Shown here: positions 1-12,255 of the stretch, piece by piece
Layout of the letters: every line of letters begins with the position of its first letter
How positions within the stretch are numbered: position 1 is the first letter of the stretch
Source: Chrysomallon squamiferum
Taxonomy: Eukaryota; Animalia; Mollusca
Assembly (NCBI GenBank): GCA_012295275.1
Contig: CM022678.1
Coordinates: 1,116,001 to 1,180,000, forward strand
DNA: 64,000 nt
Direction of reading: 5' to 3'
Notes under the pieces: model-generated
What the model was told of the DNA's origin: nothing
Databases searched by the model: none
What the model saw: the letters and a program-made list of their open reading frames with translations, nothing else
Program-made: the position numbers and the translations under genes

Positions 1-1
1 A

Positions 2-2092
2 GGGGAAACTCCTCTTTTTTTATCCTTACTCTATGGCAGACCAGAAATCACTTTATACTTACTAAGACAAGGAGCTGATCCTAATTTAAGAGACCGTTAT
101 AACAATTCAGTTTTACACGTAGCAGCTCAACAAGAAAATACAGAAGTTTTGGCAGCACTGATTGAAAAAGGTGTTGATGTAAATAATAAAAACAGAAGTG
201 GTGAAACTGCTTTTTTTACAGCAATGTATTCCTACAAACATCATTTTTATGGACATCAGAATATAGAGTCTCATAAGAACAAAGCTGTTTTGTATTTACT
301 TCAACATGCAGCTGATCCTAATTTAACAGAGAACGATAAAGATTTTGTTTTACACATAGCAGCTGAAGAAGGAGATATAGACCTTTTGATAGCACTGATT
401 GGAAAAGGGTTTGATGTAAACATCAAAAACCTTCGAGGTGAAACTCCTCTTTTTACAGCTCTTAACTGCAAACATGATAAAGTGGTTTTGTATTTACTGG
501 AACATGGAGCTGATCCTAATTTAACAGGTATTGGTAACAATTCTGTTTTACACTTAGCAGCTAAACAAGGAAATATAGAAATTGTAACAGCACTGATTGA
601 AAAAGGTGTTGATGTAAATATTAGAAACACTTCAGGGGAAACTGCTCTTTTCACAGCTGTTCGGTATCAACAGAAGAAAGTAGTTTTGTATTTACTGGAA
701 CATGGAGGTGATCCTAATTTTACAAACGATAGTAACAATTCTCTTTTAGGCCTAGCAGCTAATCATGGAAATTTAGAAATTGTGACAGCACTGACCGAAA
801 AAGGTGTTGATGTAAATATAAAAGAGAGTCTTCTTGGTTATACTCCTCTTCTTACAGCTACAAGATGCACATCGAACAAAGTATTTTTCTGTTTACTGGA
901 ACATGGAGCTGATCCTAATTTGACAGACAATGGTGACAATTCTGTTTTACACCTAGCAACTGAAAACGGAAAGAGAGAAATTGTAACAGCACTGATTGAT
1001 AAAGGTTTTGATGTAAATATTAGAAACAGAAGAGGTGAAACTCCTCTTTATACAGCTCTGAATTACCAGAAACCTGTGATTGGTACAGTAGATGATATAT
1101 ACTGTTGTAAGAACAAAGTAGCTTTTTATTTACTGGAACATGGAGCTGATGTTAATTTAACAGACAATGATAGCAATTCTGTTTTACATGTAGCAGCTAT
1201 ACATGGAAATATAGAAATTGTGAAAGCACTGATTGAAAAAGGCTTTGATGTAAATATGAAAAACACTAGCGGTGAAACTCCTCTTTTTACAGCTCTGAAT
1301 TATGATGTATTTCATTTTTGCGAACATCAAGATAAGAGTAAAGTAGCCTATTATTTATTGGAACATGGAGCTAATCCTTGTTTAACAGACAGTGATAATA
1401 ATTCTGTTTTACACCTAACAGCGAAACAAGAAAATATAGAAGTTTTGACAGCACTGATTGAAAAAGGTGTTGATGTAAATATCAGAAACAGTCGAGGTGA
1501 AACTCCTCTTTTTACAGCCATGAACTCTATACAGAATGAAGTAGTTTTTTATTTACTGGAACACGGAGCTGATCCTAATTTATCAGACAATGATAAGAAT
1601 TCTGGTTTACTCCTAGCAGCTAAACATGGAAGTCTAGACATTGTGACAGCACTGATTGCAAAAGGTGTAGATGTAAATATTAGAAACTGTAGAGGTGAAA
1701 CTCCTCTTTTTACAGCTTTGATTTGCTACGACATATATTTTGGCCAAGATCAAGATATGTACTCTCGTAAGAGCAAAGTAGCTTTGTATTTACTGGAACA
1801 TGGGTGTGATCCTAATGTAACAGACAATGATAACAATTCTGTTTTACACATAGCAGCAGAAACTGGAAATATAGAAATTGTGACAGCACTGATTGAAAAA
1901 GGTGTAGATGTAAATATTAAAAACTGTAGAGGTGAAACTGCTCTGTTTGCAGCTGACCAGTATAGACAGTGTGAAGTAATGTTGTATTTACTGGAACATG
2001 GAGCTGATCCTAATTTAACAGACAAAGATAACAATCCTCTTTTGCACCTAGCAGCTCAACATGGAAAGAGAAATTTTGACAGCACTGATTGA
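2..2092 (+). CDS. 3' part of an ankyrin-repeat gene (paralog of the STAND-ankyrin gene at 53280); 5' end lies outside the window
   Basis: Frame is open from base 2 (GETPLFLSLLYGRPEITLYLLRQGADPN...), so the ORF-track start at 149 is internal. GETP-type repeats start at 2, 200, 437, 635, 836, 1034, 1271, 1496, 1694 and 1931, alternating with NNSVLHLAA-type repeats (~20 ankyrin repeats). The first unit matches 55952 of the intact paralog. Confidence 0.9.
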   Translation, partial: GETPLFLSLLYGRPEITLYLLRQGADPNLRDRYNNSVLHVAAQQENTEVLAALIEKGVDVNNKNRSGETAFFTAMYSYKHHFYGHQNIESHKNKAVLYLLQHAADPNLTENDKDFVLHIAAEEGDIDLLIALIGKGFDVNIKNLRGETPLFTALNCKHDKVVLYLLEHGADPNLTGIGNNSVLHLAAKQGNIEIVTALIEKGVDVNIRNTSGETALFTAVRYQQKKVVLYLLEHGGDPNFTNDSNNSLLGLAANHGNLEIVTALTEKGVDVNIKESLLGYTPLLTATRCTSNKVFFCLLEHGADPNLTDNGDNSVLHLATENGKREIVTALIDKGFDVNIRNRRGETPLYTALNYQKPVIGTVDDIYCCKNKVAFYLLEHGADVNLTDNDSNSVLHVAAIHGNIEIVKALIEKGFDVNMKNTSGETPLFTALNYDVFHFCEHQDKSKVAYYLLEHGANPCLTDSDNNSVLHLTAKQENIEVLTALIEKGVDVNIRNSRGETPLFTAMNSIQNEVVFYLLEHGADPNLSDNDKNSGLLLAAKHGSLDIVTALIAKGVDVNIRNCRGETPLFTALICYDIYFGQDQDMYSRKSKVALYLLEHGCDPNVTDNDNNSVLHIAAETGNIEIVTALIEKGVDVNIKNCRGETALFAADQYRQCEVMLYLLEHGADPNLTDKDNNPLLHLAAQHGKRNFDSTD

Positions 2093-2378
2093 AACAGGTG
2101 TTGATGTAAATATTAAAAACACTACAGGAGAAACACCTTTTCTTAAAGCTTTTAAGTGTCAACAGAATAAAGTAGTTTTTTATTTACTGAAACATGCAGC
2201 TGATCTTAATTTAATAGACAAAGATAACAATTATGTTTTACACATAGCAGCTAAACAATGAAATACAGAAATTCCATTGCACTGATTGAAAAATATGTTC
2301 ATGTACAAATTAGAATTTTCTCTTGTTACAGCTATGAACTCTACACAGACTAAAGTAGTTATGGACTTACTGGAACGT
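2061..2378 (+). pseudogene. Decayed terminal ankyrin units beyond the stop codon
   Basis: A 2-nt loss (ggaaagagaaatt versus ggaaagagagaaatt near 968) shifts the frame. The repeat continues in another frame (GETPFL at 2127) to a GGA>TGA change at 2259, then degenerates by ~2378. Confidence 0.8.
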
Positions 2379-5300
2379 ATATTAAAATTAAATATAAAGA
2401 TAGTTTTAATTATTATTATTGTTGTTACTTCATAAAATATCTAAATACTTTTAGTGTGTCTATAATAACTAAACTGGTATCATAATGTTTAATAAAAGAT
2501 TGATAATGTTTATTTTACTGTTACTGTAATTTGTTTTGTTGTCATACAAAAGAAAATATATGCATTTGTTTTTCTCTTATTAGTTAGGAGATACATACAG
2601 ATAATGTTTATATTTGATTAAATTATCATTACAAAATAGAGTAACAAAATTAATAAACAAGATGTAACTTTTCATCTATCTATCTGTGTGTGTGTGTGTA
2701 CAAATTATATATATTTATAAAATTAGGAAACTGAAAATTTTCAGTAGGAAGCACTAAATAATCTATAAAGTAAACAAAAGTTGATTGTAGCAATAATTTT
2801 AATTAATGTGTGTGTATATGTGTTTATTTAATACTGTTTTTACACATGACTTAAGTCTTATGTCAGATGTTGAAAATAAGAGCCGCTTATAGTTTTTATA
2901 CTGTTCGTACATCTCCAATATCTTTGGCCTTTTATTTTAACTTTAAAATGAATTTGTATTAAAATTTGAAAAGCACGTTTGTTTTTATTTGTGTTATTTA
3001 CAGCACTATTATTATGATTAAATCAATATTAATAGTATTATACTAATAGTAATATTGGATCAGCATTGACAGTAATATTATTCTGATTAAATCAATGTTT
3101 GCTGAAGTATTATTCTGATTGGAAAAGTATTTGCAGTCATATTATTATTATTATTATTAATTCAGCTTTTACAGCAGTACTTCATTTGTTATTATAAACA
3201 TACATCTATCCCACTGGGTTAAAATGTTTAATAAATGATGAAATCTTTACTCTTTTACATTGGAAACTTTAAAAGTGATTTTCTCACACTCACACACATA
3301 CACACACTACACAGTACATGCACAAACACTACAGATACTACACATGCATTAATCAGACACTGCACACACTATGTACAAACACACGCACACTATAAACTAG
3401 GTGACCACTAAAACAATACAGGTGAGTTCATTGTCTCACTATCCAGTTATTTTGATTTTCTGGCCAATACGTGTACAGTATCTGATTTTAACAACATTCC
3501 TGTTTATTAACTGAAATTTCCTAACAGTTAAAATTGTTATGAAATTAAACTATTAATACTTTTTTATGGAAAGGATTCAAAGATTCCATCCTGTCCCTTC
3601 TAGTTATCAGTCTTTCAATCTGAAACTTGACAATGTTAATTTAACAAGTCATTCAGTATGAAATGATAAATTTGAAAACATAAAAGTTTTCTTCTGTTGA
3701 CTGGACAGAAGAGTCGTGTGGTAAGTAATCAAAACTAGTTTAACATAAAACAACTGAACTGTAAATTCTAAACAAATATCTTCATTACACTGACTGAATA
3801 TGACAAACAGATTATCAACGTCAGGATTTCGTCTGGTGTGTGTGTTTGTGTGTATGTGTGTGTCTCAGATTGTGAAATATTAAGAGTCAGGCTGTGAAAT
3901 ACTAATTAAAAATTTACTTTTTCCAGACACATAAGAATCTTTCGAGAGTGATTAGGAAAGCAAAGAAACAAAGTTTAATTTTCCTGTCTGTTCGTGCCTG
4001 ATAAATTCAAGCTGAATCTAGCGAATGTAGGAGATACGCCTGAAGAGGATAGCCCCCCTACCAGTCCACAAATGCACAGGTACACAAAAGACGACCACTG
4101 AATTTGCAAGGTAGGACAAAACAAACACCCGCACCAAAAAAAAAAAAAAAAAAAAAACAGCAAAGAAAACCAACAAATAATTCAAGTGATTCTGAGGTCA
4201 GTATTATGATAAAGAGCACCAAATAGAGATTATGAGTAATTCAGAAAATTATTTATAAATGTGAATGCTTCTCTTTTTCTGTGGATGATCTTAATTTTAT
4301 GTCTCTACTGACTTTTGATACTTTGAAAAATTACAGTTATAACAGATAAGTTTTTAATTTTAGTAATGTTTCCAAATTTGGGTAAATGATGGGAAATCTT
4401 TCATAATAATAATAGGAAAGGAAAATGTATTTCTTGACAATATTAATTTAAGAAGGCAGGTAAATCAGTATGTAAGTTTTGTATTGTTCTGTTGACAGGA
4501 CAGAAGAGTTGTATGGTCAGTCGAAAACAACTGGTTTAACATACCACAGCTAAAATCTAAAGATGAGTTAAACTGAATTGTAAGTAAGTAAATGTTCTGT
4601 TTGTTTTAATTACCTAAATTTAAACACAAGCAGAAGCAGAAACACACATAAACACACATACATGTACATATTACAAATTCAAATGTAACAAAAGCGATTC
4701 GTAGTAGAAATGCTAAAATTTACTATTATAAGTGTTCAGTGTACAGTATGAGACTGAAGTTGTCAAAGCTGGTCTCAGACTAGGTACAGGTTTTATAAAA
4801 ATAAAAAAATAAAAGAAACAATTAACATTAAACAAAATGAATTTTTACCTTAGTTACCTAATGTTCATATTTATTTATTTATATATATTTAATTGATGTA
4901 ATAGGACCTACTGAACTCTCTCTAACTGGAAATTCTGTTCAGTGTTTATTTTGGTCCTTTTTATATTTTAAAGATAGCAAAATGACTGTATCACTTGTCA
5001 TTTGCTTAAAAAAGAAAATAAGTTGGTATGTTTTCAGTCACTGAATATTTTTAACTTCAGTTTCTTCAAATATTTAATCAGTTTTCAGCAATTATTATCA
5101 AAACAAGTTACCCAAGTTAGATGATACTAATTTCATCCAAACATTTTGAAGAATTAATATAATAATTTTGACTCACTTTGTCTTCACATAGTCTACCAAA
5201 GAAAAAGCTCATTTCAACTGGAGCTGTGAAGTCTTCAGATTCTCAAAATATGTTCATTCAAGCAGAAACAAAAGAGAAGAATAATTATACAATATTTGAA

Positions 5301-8207
5301 TATTTATTTAACAGACATAACAGTTTCATCAACCTGATATAAAGTATGACACATGTTCATACTGATTTATTGCAAAAATTAAATATATTATGAAATAGTT
5401 TAAGAATTAAATGGAATATAAATTAATGTGAGTAGACATAATAAAAAAGAAACTGAGGAGAACAGGAGAGTGATAATATAAATGTTAGGAATCCCAAGAA
5501 TTCTTTTTTAATACCAACATTGTCAGAAAATTGCGAAGTACTATTTAACAGTTAAAAACATCAATCCAAAGTGAGGAGCTGCAGAGTTCATAAAACAGTT
5601 TAAGGAATTGTTTTAGTGAGAAAATGTTATTTTGAGTCTCTAGATTACATCTGTAGTTAAAGGATTCAGTGACAAGTAAACATTCAACTGACTTCAACAT
5701 CTGACTCATCTCTACAGTTAAATGTTAGATTTGTCAAATGGTCAACTGATCTCATTCCAAGTTCTAAGCTCATTCCACTTCCATTGTGTATATAAAATGC
5801 TTAATGATATGCTCATGACTGGCCAAGGCAGAAGTGTTACAGCTTTGTTTTGGATGTAGCCTGTTGCAGGTCATTAATGGACTGATGAGTATAACTCACT
5901 AACTGTAGGCTAGCTGATGTCCTGTAGGTTTGATCTGTTGAATGCATTCATATTATGTCATCTTTGTGTTTCTGATGTCCACCACTCTGCCAAGAAGACT
6001 ATGAATGACTGAGCTATTGAGTCAAAAATCCATATGATATGTGAGTGTACTGCAGTTTGAGAAAAAAAAAAACATGGAGACATAATACACTGATGTGTCA
6101 CAGTGAAATCAGTTGTAACTCATTCAGAAACATGGAACATCATTCTGTTGTTAATCATCACAAAGTTGTAATTACTTGACATATGTTGTTGCTCATTTTG
6201 TCAGTGTTTAACTTTTCTCCGGGTGTATATTTGTAACATTTTCATTTGTAATGTTTATATAATTTACTACAATTGATGAAAAGACAACAAACTATTCTGA
6301 TATTATCTGTACATTAATATTGTTTATGTAACATAATGTAATAAAATAACTGAGTTTGTTTTTCTGCTGTTACTAGTATAGCTCACCCATCTGTGATTGT
6401 TCTGCATATTTTAAACATTAATAGCAATGCAGTATTTTTCAAGAACTCTTATTATAGTGCACAGGCTTAGTTCAGTGATTTTTATTGTGTATTTTTGTAA
6501 AGTTTAGTAAAATTTGGAATAGCACTAGTAAATCTGTGTGTTTCTGGTTGACTATATCTACTCAGCAAAGCAGCAGAACAGCTGAGAAACACAGCCAGAA
6601 CCTGCCCCAGTCAGCTCACACCACACCCTCAAAAGAGAAAGAGCAAATCCAAAATGAAGTAATAAATTACAACTATGATTTTTCATTATCATCCTTGTGA
6701 GATCAGTAAAATTTCATGATTTAAAAAAAAAAAAAATTAAATATTTCTTTTTTAATAATAACATCTAAAATTACTATTAATATTTTATCATTTACAAAAA
6801 ACTCAAACAAAACCTGTATATATTTATATTTCCGTAATTTATTTATTCAATAACTTTAAGACTACAGAGTACAACAATATACCTGGCAAAAGAATATAGC
6901 TATACACAAATTATATTTATATTTGTATTGTTTATATAACATGATTTAATACAATTCACAAAACTAAGAATATAACTTAGGAAAACTATTGACATGTTAT
7001 ATTTATTTTTGTACTGTTTATATCATATATGACATAATTTAATAGAATCCACAAAACTAATAATATAACTTAGTAAAACAATTCACTTTATATTTATATT
7101 GTTTATATAACATAATTTAGTAACAGGATTGACAAGAGTAAGTGGAATTGATTCTAATATTATTTATATGATCCTGCACATAAATCTGAAACCTGAACTA
7201 TCTCACCTGACCAAGCTGTGATTGTTGTACATGCTTTTAAAATTATTATTTAAAATTGTGTTATTATTCAAAATAGAAAGATGTTTTTTTCACAAAATAA
7301 TATGACATGGAGTTTGAAAGTCAAACACGAAAGTGCATGTCCACTTTAAATCAAATAGTCTGTCACTTATGTAACTGAATTCCGATGATGTGTTATTGCT
7401 GTTAAGTGTTTAGAATTTTTTTAAACTTTTATTTGTGTATGCAGACTGATTAACTAGTGTTTCGAGTACAAAAAAATGATTTAAATGGAAAGTTGATGGA
7501 AATCTAAAATATTGTCTGTGTAGTAATTTCACATTGCACAGGTTTAGTTAATTTCCAGTGATTTCTGACAACTGTTTCCTTTATTTCTGTCATGTATATT
7601 TGTAATGTTTAGAAACAATTGGAATAGCACTAGCAAACCAGTGTGTGTTTCAGATTGACTGTGGTTACTCGACAAAGCAGCAGAACAGCTGAAAAATACA
7701 AAAACCAGAGCCCATCACCACAGCCTAAAAAAACAATAAAGAACAAATCCACAACAAGGTGAGAGTAATTAATTAGAAGTAAGTTATTACATAACAACCT
7801 TGTAAAAATTGTTATTCATGAGAATTTCTAAATAACATAATCTAACACCTCTGCTCAAAAAATTAAAAAAATTAGGATGTTTATTAAAACCATTTTTAAT
7901 AAAGACAGTCTATAAGGCTAAGACTTGTATTAATACAAGGAACTAGATGTGCTCCAGTGTATTCAGATCTGTACTTAAGATTGGTTAAGGCAGAATTGTT
8001 AAAGATTTGTTTTGCACTCTGTCAAACTGTTAAGTTAAATAATAATGGCTTTTATGTGTGTATACTGCAGTTTGAGAAAAACCTGATACACTAACATTGA
8101 AATCTGTTGTAAGTGTCGTTATGAAACATGAAACATTCTATTCTTAATCATCACAAAGTTGTAATTATTTTTTTATATTGTGAATTTAAATAATTTCTTT
8201 TATTCAG

Positions 8208-8321
8208 TTAGACAAACACAACCAGTGGTAAAACACAATGTAAATATCAGCACAGTTCAGAATTACCAGGATGTGTCTAATAACAGGAATGATGTGTTTG
8301 GAAATCAAGTTATTAATACCA
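8208..8321 (+). CDS. Isolated 114-nt phase-1/phase-1 exon encoding an N/Q/V-rich peptide (VRQTQPVVKHNVNISTVQNYQDVSNNRNDVFGNQVINT)
   Basis: Acceptor ttcttttattcag and donor a|gtaagttaaaaactgaaa; the donor-side intron matches that of the micro-exons at 32-34 kb and 46-49 kb; open frame, length divisible by 3. Confidence 0.55.
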
Positions 8322-9319
8322 GTAAGTTAAAAACTGAAACTTTTCTTTCCTCTACCTGCTTAATAAATAACAGAAGACACACCACAGTAGTCATTAGTAC
8401 TTTTCTGTCATTCACTGTGACATGACCAGCACAGAAAGATGCACATGCACACACAGACATATAAAAACGTACATACACACAGAATTTAAATATTGTTAGT
8501 CTTACCAAGATTTTCCTTTTAATATAAGTTATTATCACTCGGAAACATTGAAATACAGTACAAGAACATAATAATAATATGAAGAGTAACAGTACAAAAG
8601 TAAGAACAGTAATAACAGACAACAGCAATAGTTTTGATAATTATGTTTACTTCAGTTGACATAACTAATATACTAAGAACAATTAATGTCCTTGTTGTAT
8701 TTACAACAAAATAAAAATATTACTTTGTATTAGTATTGTGATAATTAGTACGTTAACTACAAAACTAAGGTACAAGTTAAAATAATTATTGTGATAATTT
8801 TTATATTGATTATAAAACTAATATATATGGTAGTATAGCTACTGTCATAATTATATTTACTATAAAACTAAGATTATAACTTAGAATAACTATTGTGATA
8901 ATTATTACATTTACTACAAAACTAAGGTATAAGTTAATATAACTATTGTAATAGTTATATTTACAATCTAAGTATATCTATGTATGACTATTGTGATAAT
9001 TATTATTTTAATTATAAAACTGTAAATGTATATCTATCTAGATGTCTGTACATGTGTATGTCTATACATGTGTATTTCATGTGACATCCTCTGACATTCA
9101 CTAGTGACATAGTGTTACAAACCTGCTGAGTCTGCTAATGGACTGGTCCTGATAAATACATTTTGGAAATGGACTCACAAAACAGAGGCTGTTTTATTTC
9201 AACTTATTTATTATCTTAATTTCATCATACAGGATAATTAATTATTGATACATATTGTTATGTTTCATGCAATCTTTCTGTTCCTTGATATGTTTCAATG
9301 TACATTCTCTGACATTGGC

Positions 9320-9860
9320 ATGGAGTATGCTAAATGTTATGTTTGGTATATTTCAGTGTGTATTCTCTAGGTTGGGTAGAGTATGATAAATGTAATGTTT
9401 GGTATGTTTCAGTGTATATTATCTAGACTGGGATACAGTATGATAAATGTAATGTTTGATATTTCTCAGTGTATATTCTCTTGGTTGGGTTGGAGTATGA
9501 TAAATGTAATGTTTGGTATATTTCAGTGTATATTCTCTAGGTTGAGGTGGAGTATGATGAATGTAATGTTTGGTATATTTCAGTGTGTATTCTCTAGGTT
9601 GGGGTAGAGTATGATAAATGTAATGTTTGGTATGTTTCAGTGTATATTCTCTATGTTGGGTGGATAAATGTAATGTTTGGTATATTTCAGTGTATATTCT
9701 CTAGGTTGGGGTAGAGTATAATAAATGTAATGTTTGGTATATTTCTGGGTATATTCTCTGGGTTGGGGTAGAGTATGATAAATGTGATGTTTGGTATATC
9801 TCAGTGTATATTCTCTAGGTTGGGGTAGAGTATGATAAATGTAATGTTTGGTATGTTTCA
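9320..9860. repeat. 57-bp minisatellite, ~9 copies
   Basis: Unit atgataaatgtaatgtttggtatatttcagtgtatattctctaggttggggtagagt; unit starts at 9383 and 9440 give the period. Confidence 0.9.
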
Positions 9861-9955
9861 AGCTGGTTGCTCTGGGACTAAAGTTGGAATGATGATTCCA
9901 AACAGCAGCATAGAAAACAACATATTCATCAATCCAAGTATATTGAATGTGTTGG

Positions 9956-9991
<36 letters not shown>

Positions 9992-10827
9992 ATAAATTAA
10001 AATACTCTTTAAAACACACAAACCCAATAATACATTTAAAAACTCATACCTACACAATAACCCATTAAAATGCTCGCAGACATAATAATAATAATAATAA
10101 TAATAGTAATAATAATAATAATATATGTACTCCACATCTGGTACTTTCTACACCTAGAGTAACACACTTTAATTATCAATACAAACACACAATAAAAGTA
10201 CATTAAATACTTGCTAAGTCAGATGTATGTTAAAATGCTCACTAACTTTTACTCATCAAAATACATTAAAACTATCACAGACATAGACCAAACAACCACT
10301 AAGAATATCTTCATTAACCTTGATGAAGAATTTAACAAAATTTCTCTTTATTAATTGAAAATATTGATAGGAAGAAGGAAATATAAATAATTGTGTTATG
10401 GAATGATTCCTGTCATGTTTTTTCAGTGATTGAGAGGGTGTAGCTTATGTGCTGTATAGTGTGTTACAAAGAATGCAAGCTATAATTGCTTTTTTAAAAT
10501 TATTTTTTTATTTTTTTATTTTATTGTTTTATAAAATCAGGTAGCAATACAGTGGAAATAAATTCAGTGGGTCTTAACAGCTATTGTGCAAAGAAAGAAA
10601 TTATTGTTATTGCTATTATTATTATTATTATTATTATACTTGAGTTATTTCACTTTTTTATTTTCTCATTCTGTATGGCTGTTTCCCCCTCACACTTCAG
10701 TGTGTGTGTGTGTGTGTGTTTGTTCTAATTTGTATATAAAATGAACTGAACAATAAGTTAGTATATATGTTCGTAAGTATGCATGCATGTATATATGTAT
10801 GTAGGTATGTATGTATTGGTATTTGTG

Positions 10828-10899
<72 letters not shown>

Positions 10900-10907
<8 letters not shown>

Positions 10908-11221
10908 TGTGAAGAAAGTAACCAGTTTTTTTGTCCATGTTTTCATTCATGAAGGGGAAGTAACTATACCTTATTAGGATTTCAGTTAATAAACAGGTAT
11001 TATGTTTGAAATAAAAATAATAATAAAAAGAAAATAAAAAGTTAAAAAGTTAAAATAAAAATTATATATATAATAATAAAAGCATTGTATGACTAAAGGG
11101 AAAAAATAATTTTATTTAATATTAACTGTTTCTAGTATCATAGACCGAGAAATACAGGTTATATAACAGGTTTGACTCTTATTATGGAAATTATATTATT
11201 ATTATAATTATTATTATTATG

Positions 11222-11264
<43 letters not shown>

Positions 11265-11686
11265 TCGAGTTATTTTGTCTTATTTCTTCCTCTTTCCACT
11301 TCCCAATTTAGAGTGTGTGTGTGTGTGTGTGTGTGTGTGAGATAAAAACATTTTATTTAATATTAAGAGTGTCTTGTATCGGAGACAGAGAAATACAAGT
11401 TGATTGTTGAAGTCATTGTAAGGTATTTGATGTAACTAGTGAAAACAGTCATACTAATTTACAAACTGCAACCAGAATGAAAAGTCATTTTGAATAAAAC
11501 CTAGACACAACCTCAGTCTAGTTTTGAAAATTAAACATAACATTTAAGTATATTTTAGAATTTTAACTAACAGTCATGTTCTTATTGTTTTATTATAGTG
11601 AAGTATGTATATTTATAATTCAATTTAATCCATCTTTAGATTTTAGATGAGTGCATATTACTAAACATTGTACATATTTTATTTCA

Positions 11687-11730
<44 letters not shown>

Positions 11731-12209
11731 GAGGTAGTAGTAGTAGTAGTAGTATTGACATTTTATCACAACACTGTATTATATTTTTTCATATAATTTT
11801 ATTTATTTACTACTACTACTACTACTACAAATAAAATAAAAGTTAGAAGAAATTCATTATTTAGAGAATGTGTTGAAATATTAACACAGGAAGAATTAAA
11901 TGTGTATCACTAAATGCTATGAACGATAAAGAATCTGATCAACTTTGCACTAACACGTCACTAAATATTTCTATTAATATCTAACAGATTTCCTCTTCAA
12001 AACAGGTGTATGACTGATCCTAGTTTTGTGTGGGTTTAAATATTTTATTTAAAAGTCTGGACTGTGTGATAAATTATTGCATTTGGATGTGTATGTATAT
12101 CGGTGTGAGTGTAATAATATTGTTACCGGTGAATGCAGAAAAAATAAATTATCTATCGTTATTCTTTTCGTTTTCTTTTCTATTTGATTAATTATTGTTA
12201 GCTCATTAC

Positions 12210-12255
<46 letters not shown>

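Noticed and set aside
301-2034. Minus-strand ORFs at 301-654 and 1750-2034 (also 55882-56253 and 56602-56841)
   Set aside because: Antisense shadows of the ankyrin repeats.
2-2092. Diversity-generating retroelement explanation for ankyrin hypervariability (variable repeats plus nearby RT)
   Set aside because: Variation includes indels and all four bases rather than adenine-specific changes, no invariant template repeat is visible, and the RTs in the window are decayed Gypsy and LINE enzymes.
2259-2261. Selenocysteine or programmed read-through at TGA
   Set aside because: The position is a conserved Gly (GGA) in other units, lies after a frameshift and is followed by decayed sequence.
1-2378. 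Endosymbiont (Wolbachia/phage WO-type) ankyrin gene insertion
   Set aside because: The paralog is fused to a STAND NTPase with a spliceosomal acceptor and sits among animal transposons and microsatellites; no bacterial neighbours.
5900-7760. CARD/death-fold N-terminal exon remnants
   Set aside because: Only vague fragments such as EDYE and WLLDKAAEQL in broken frames; not enough to support a domain call.
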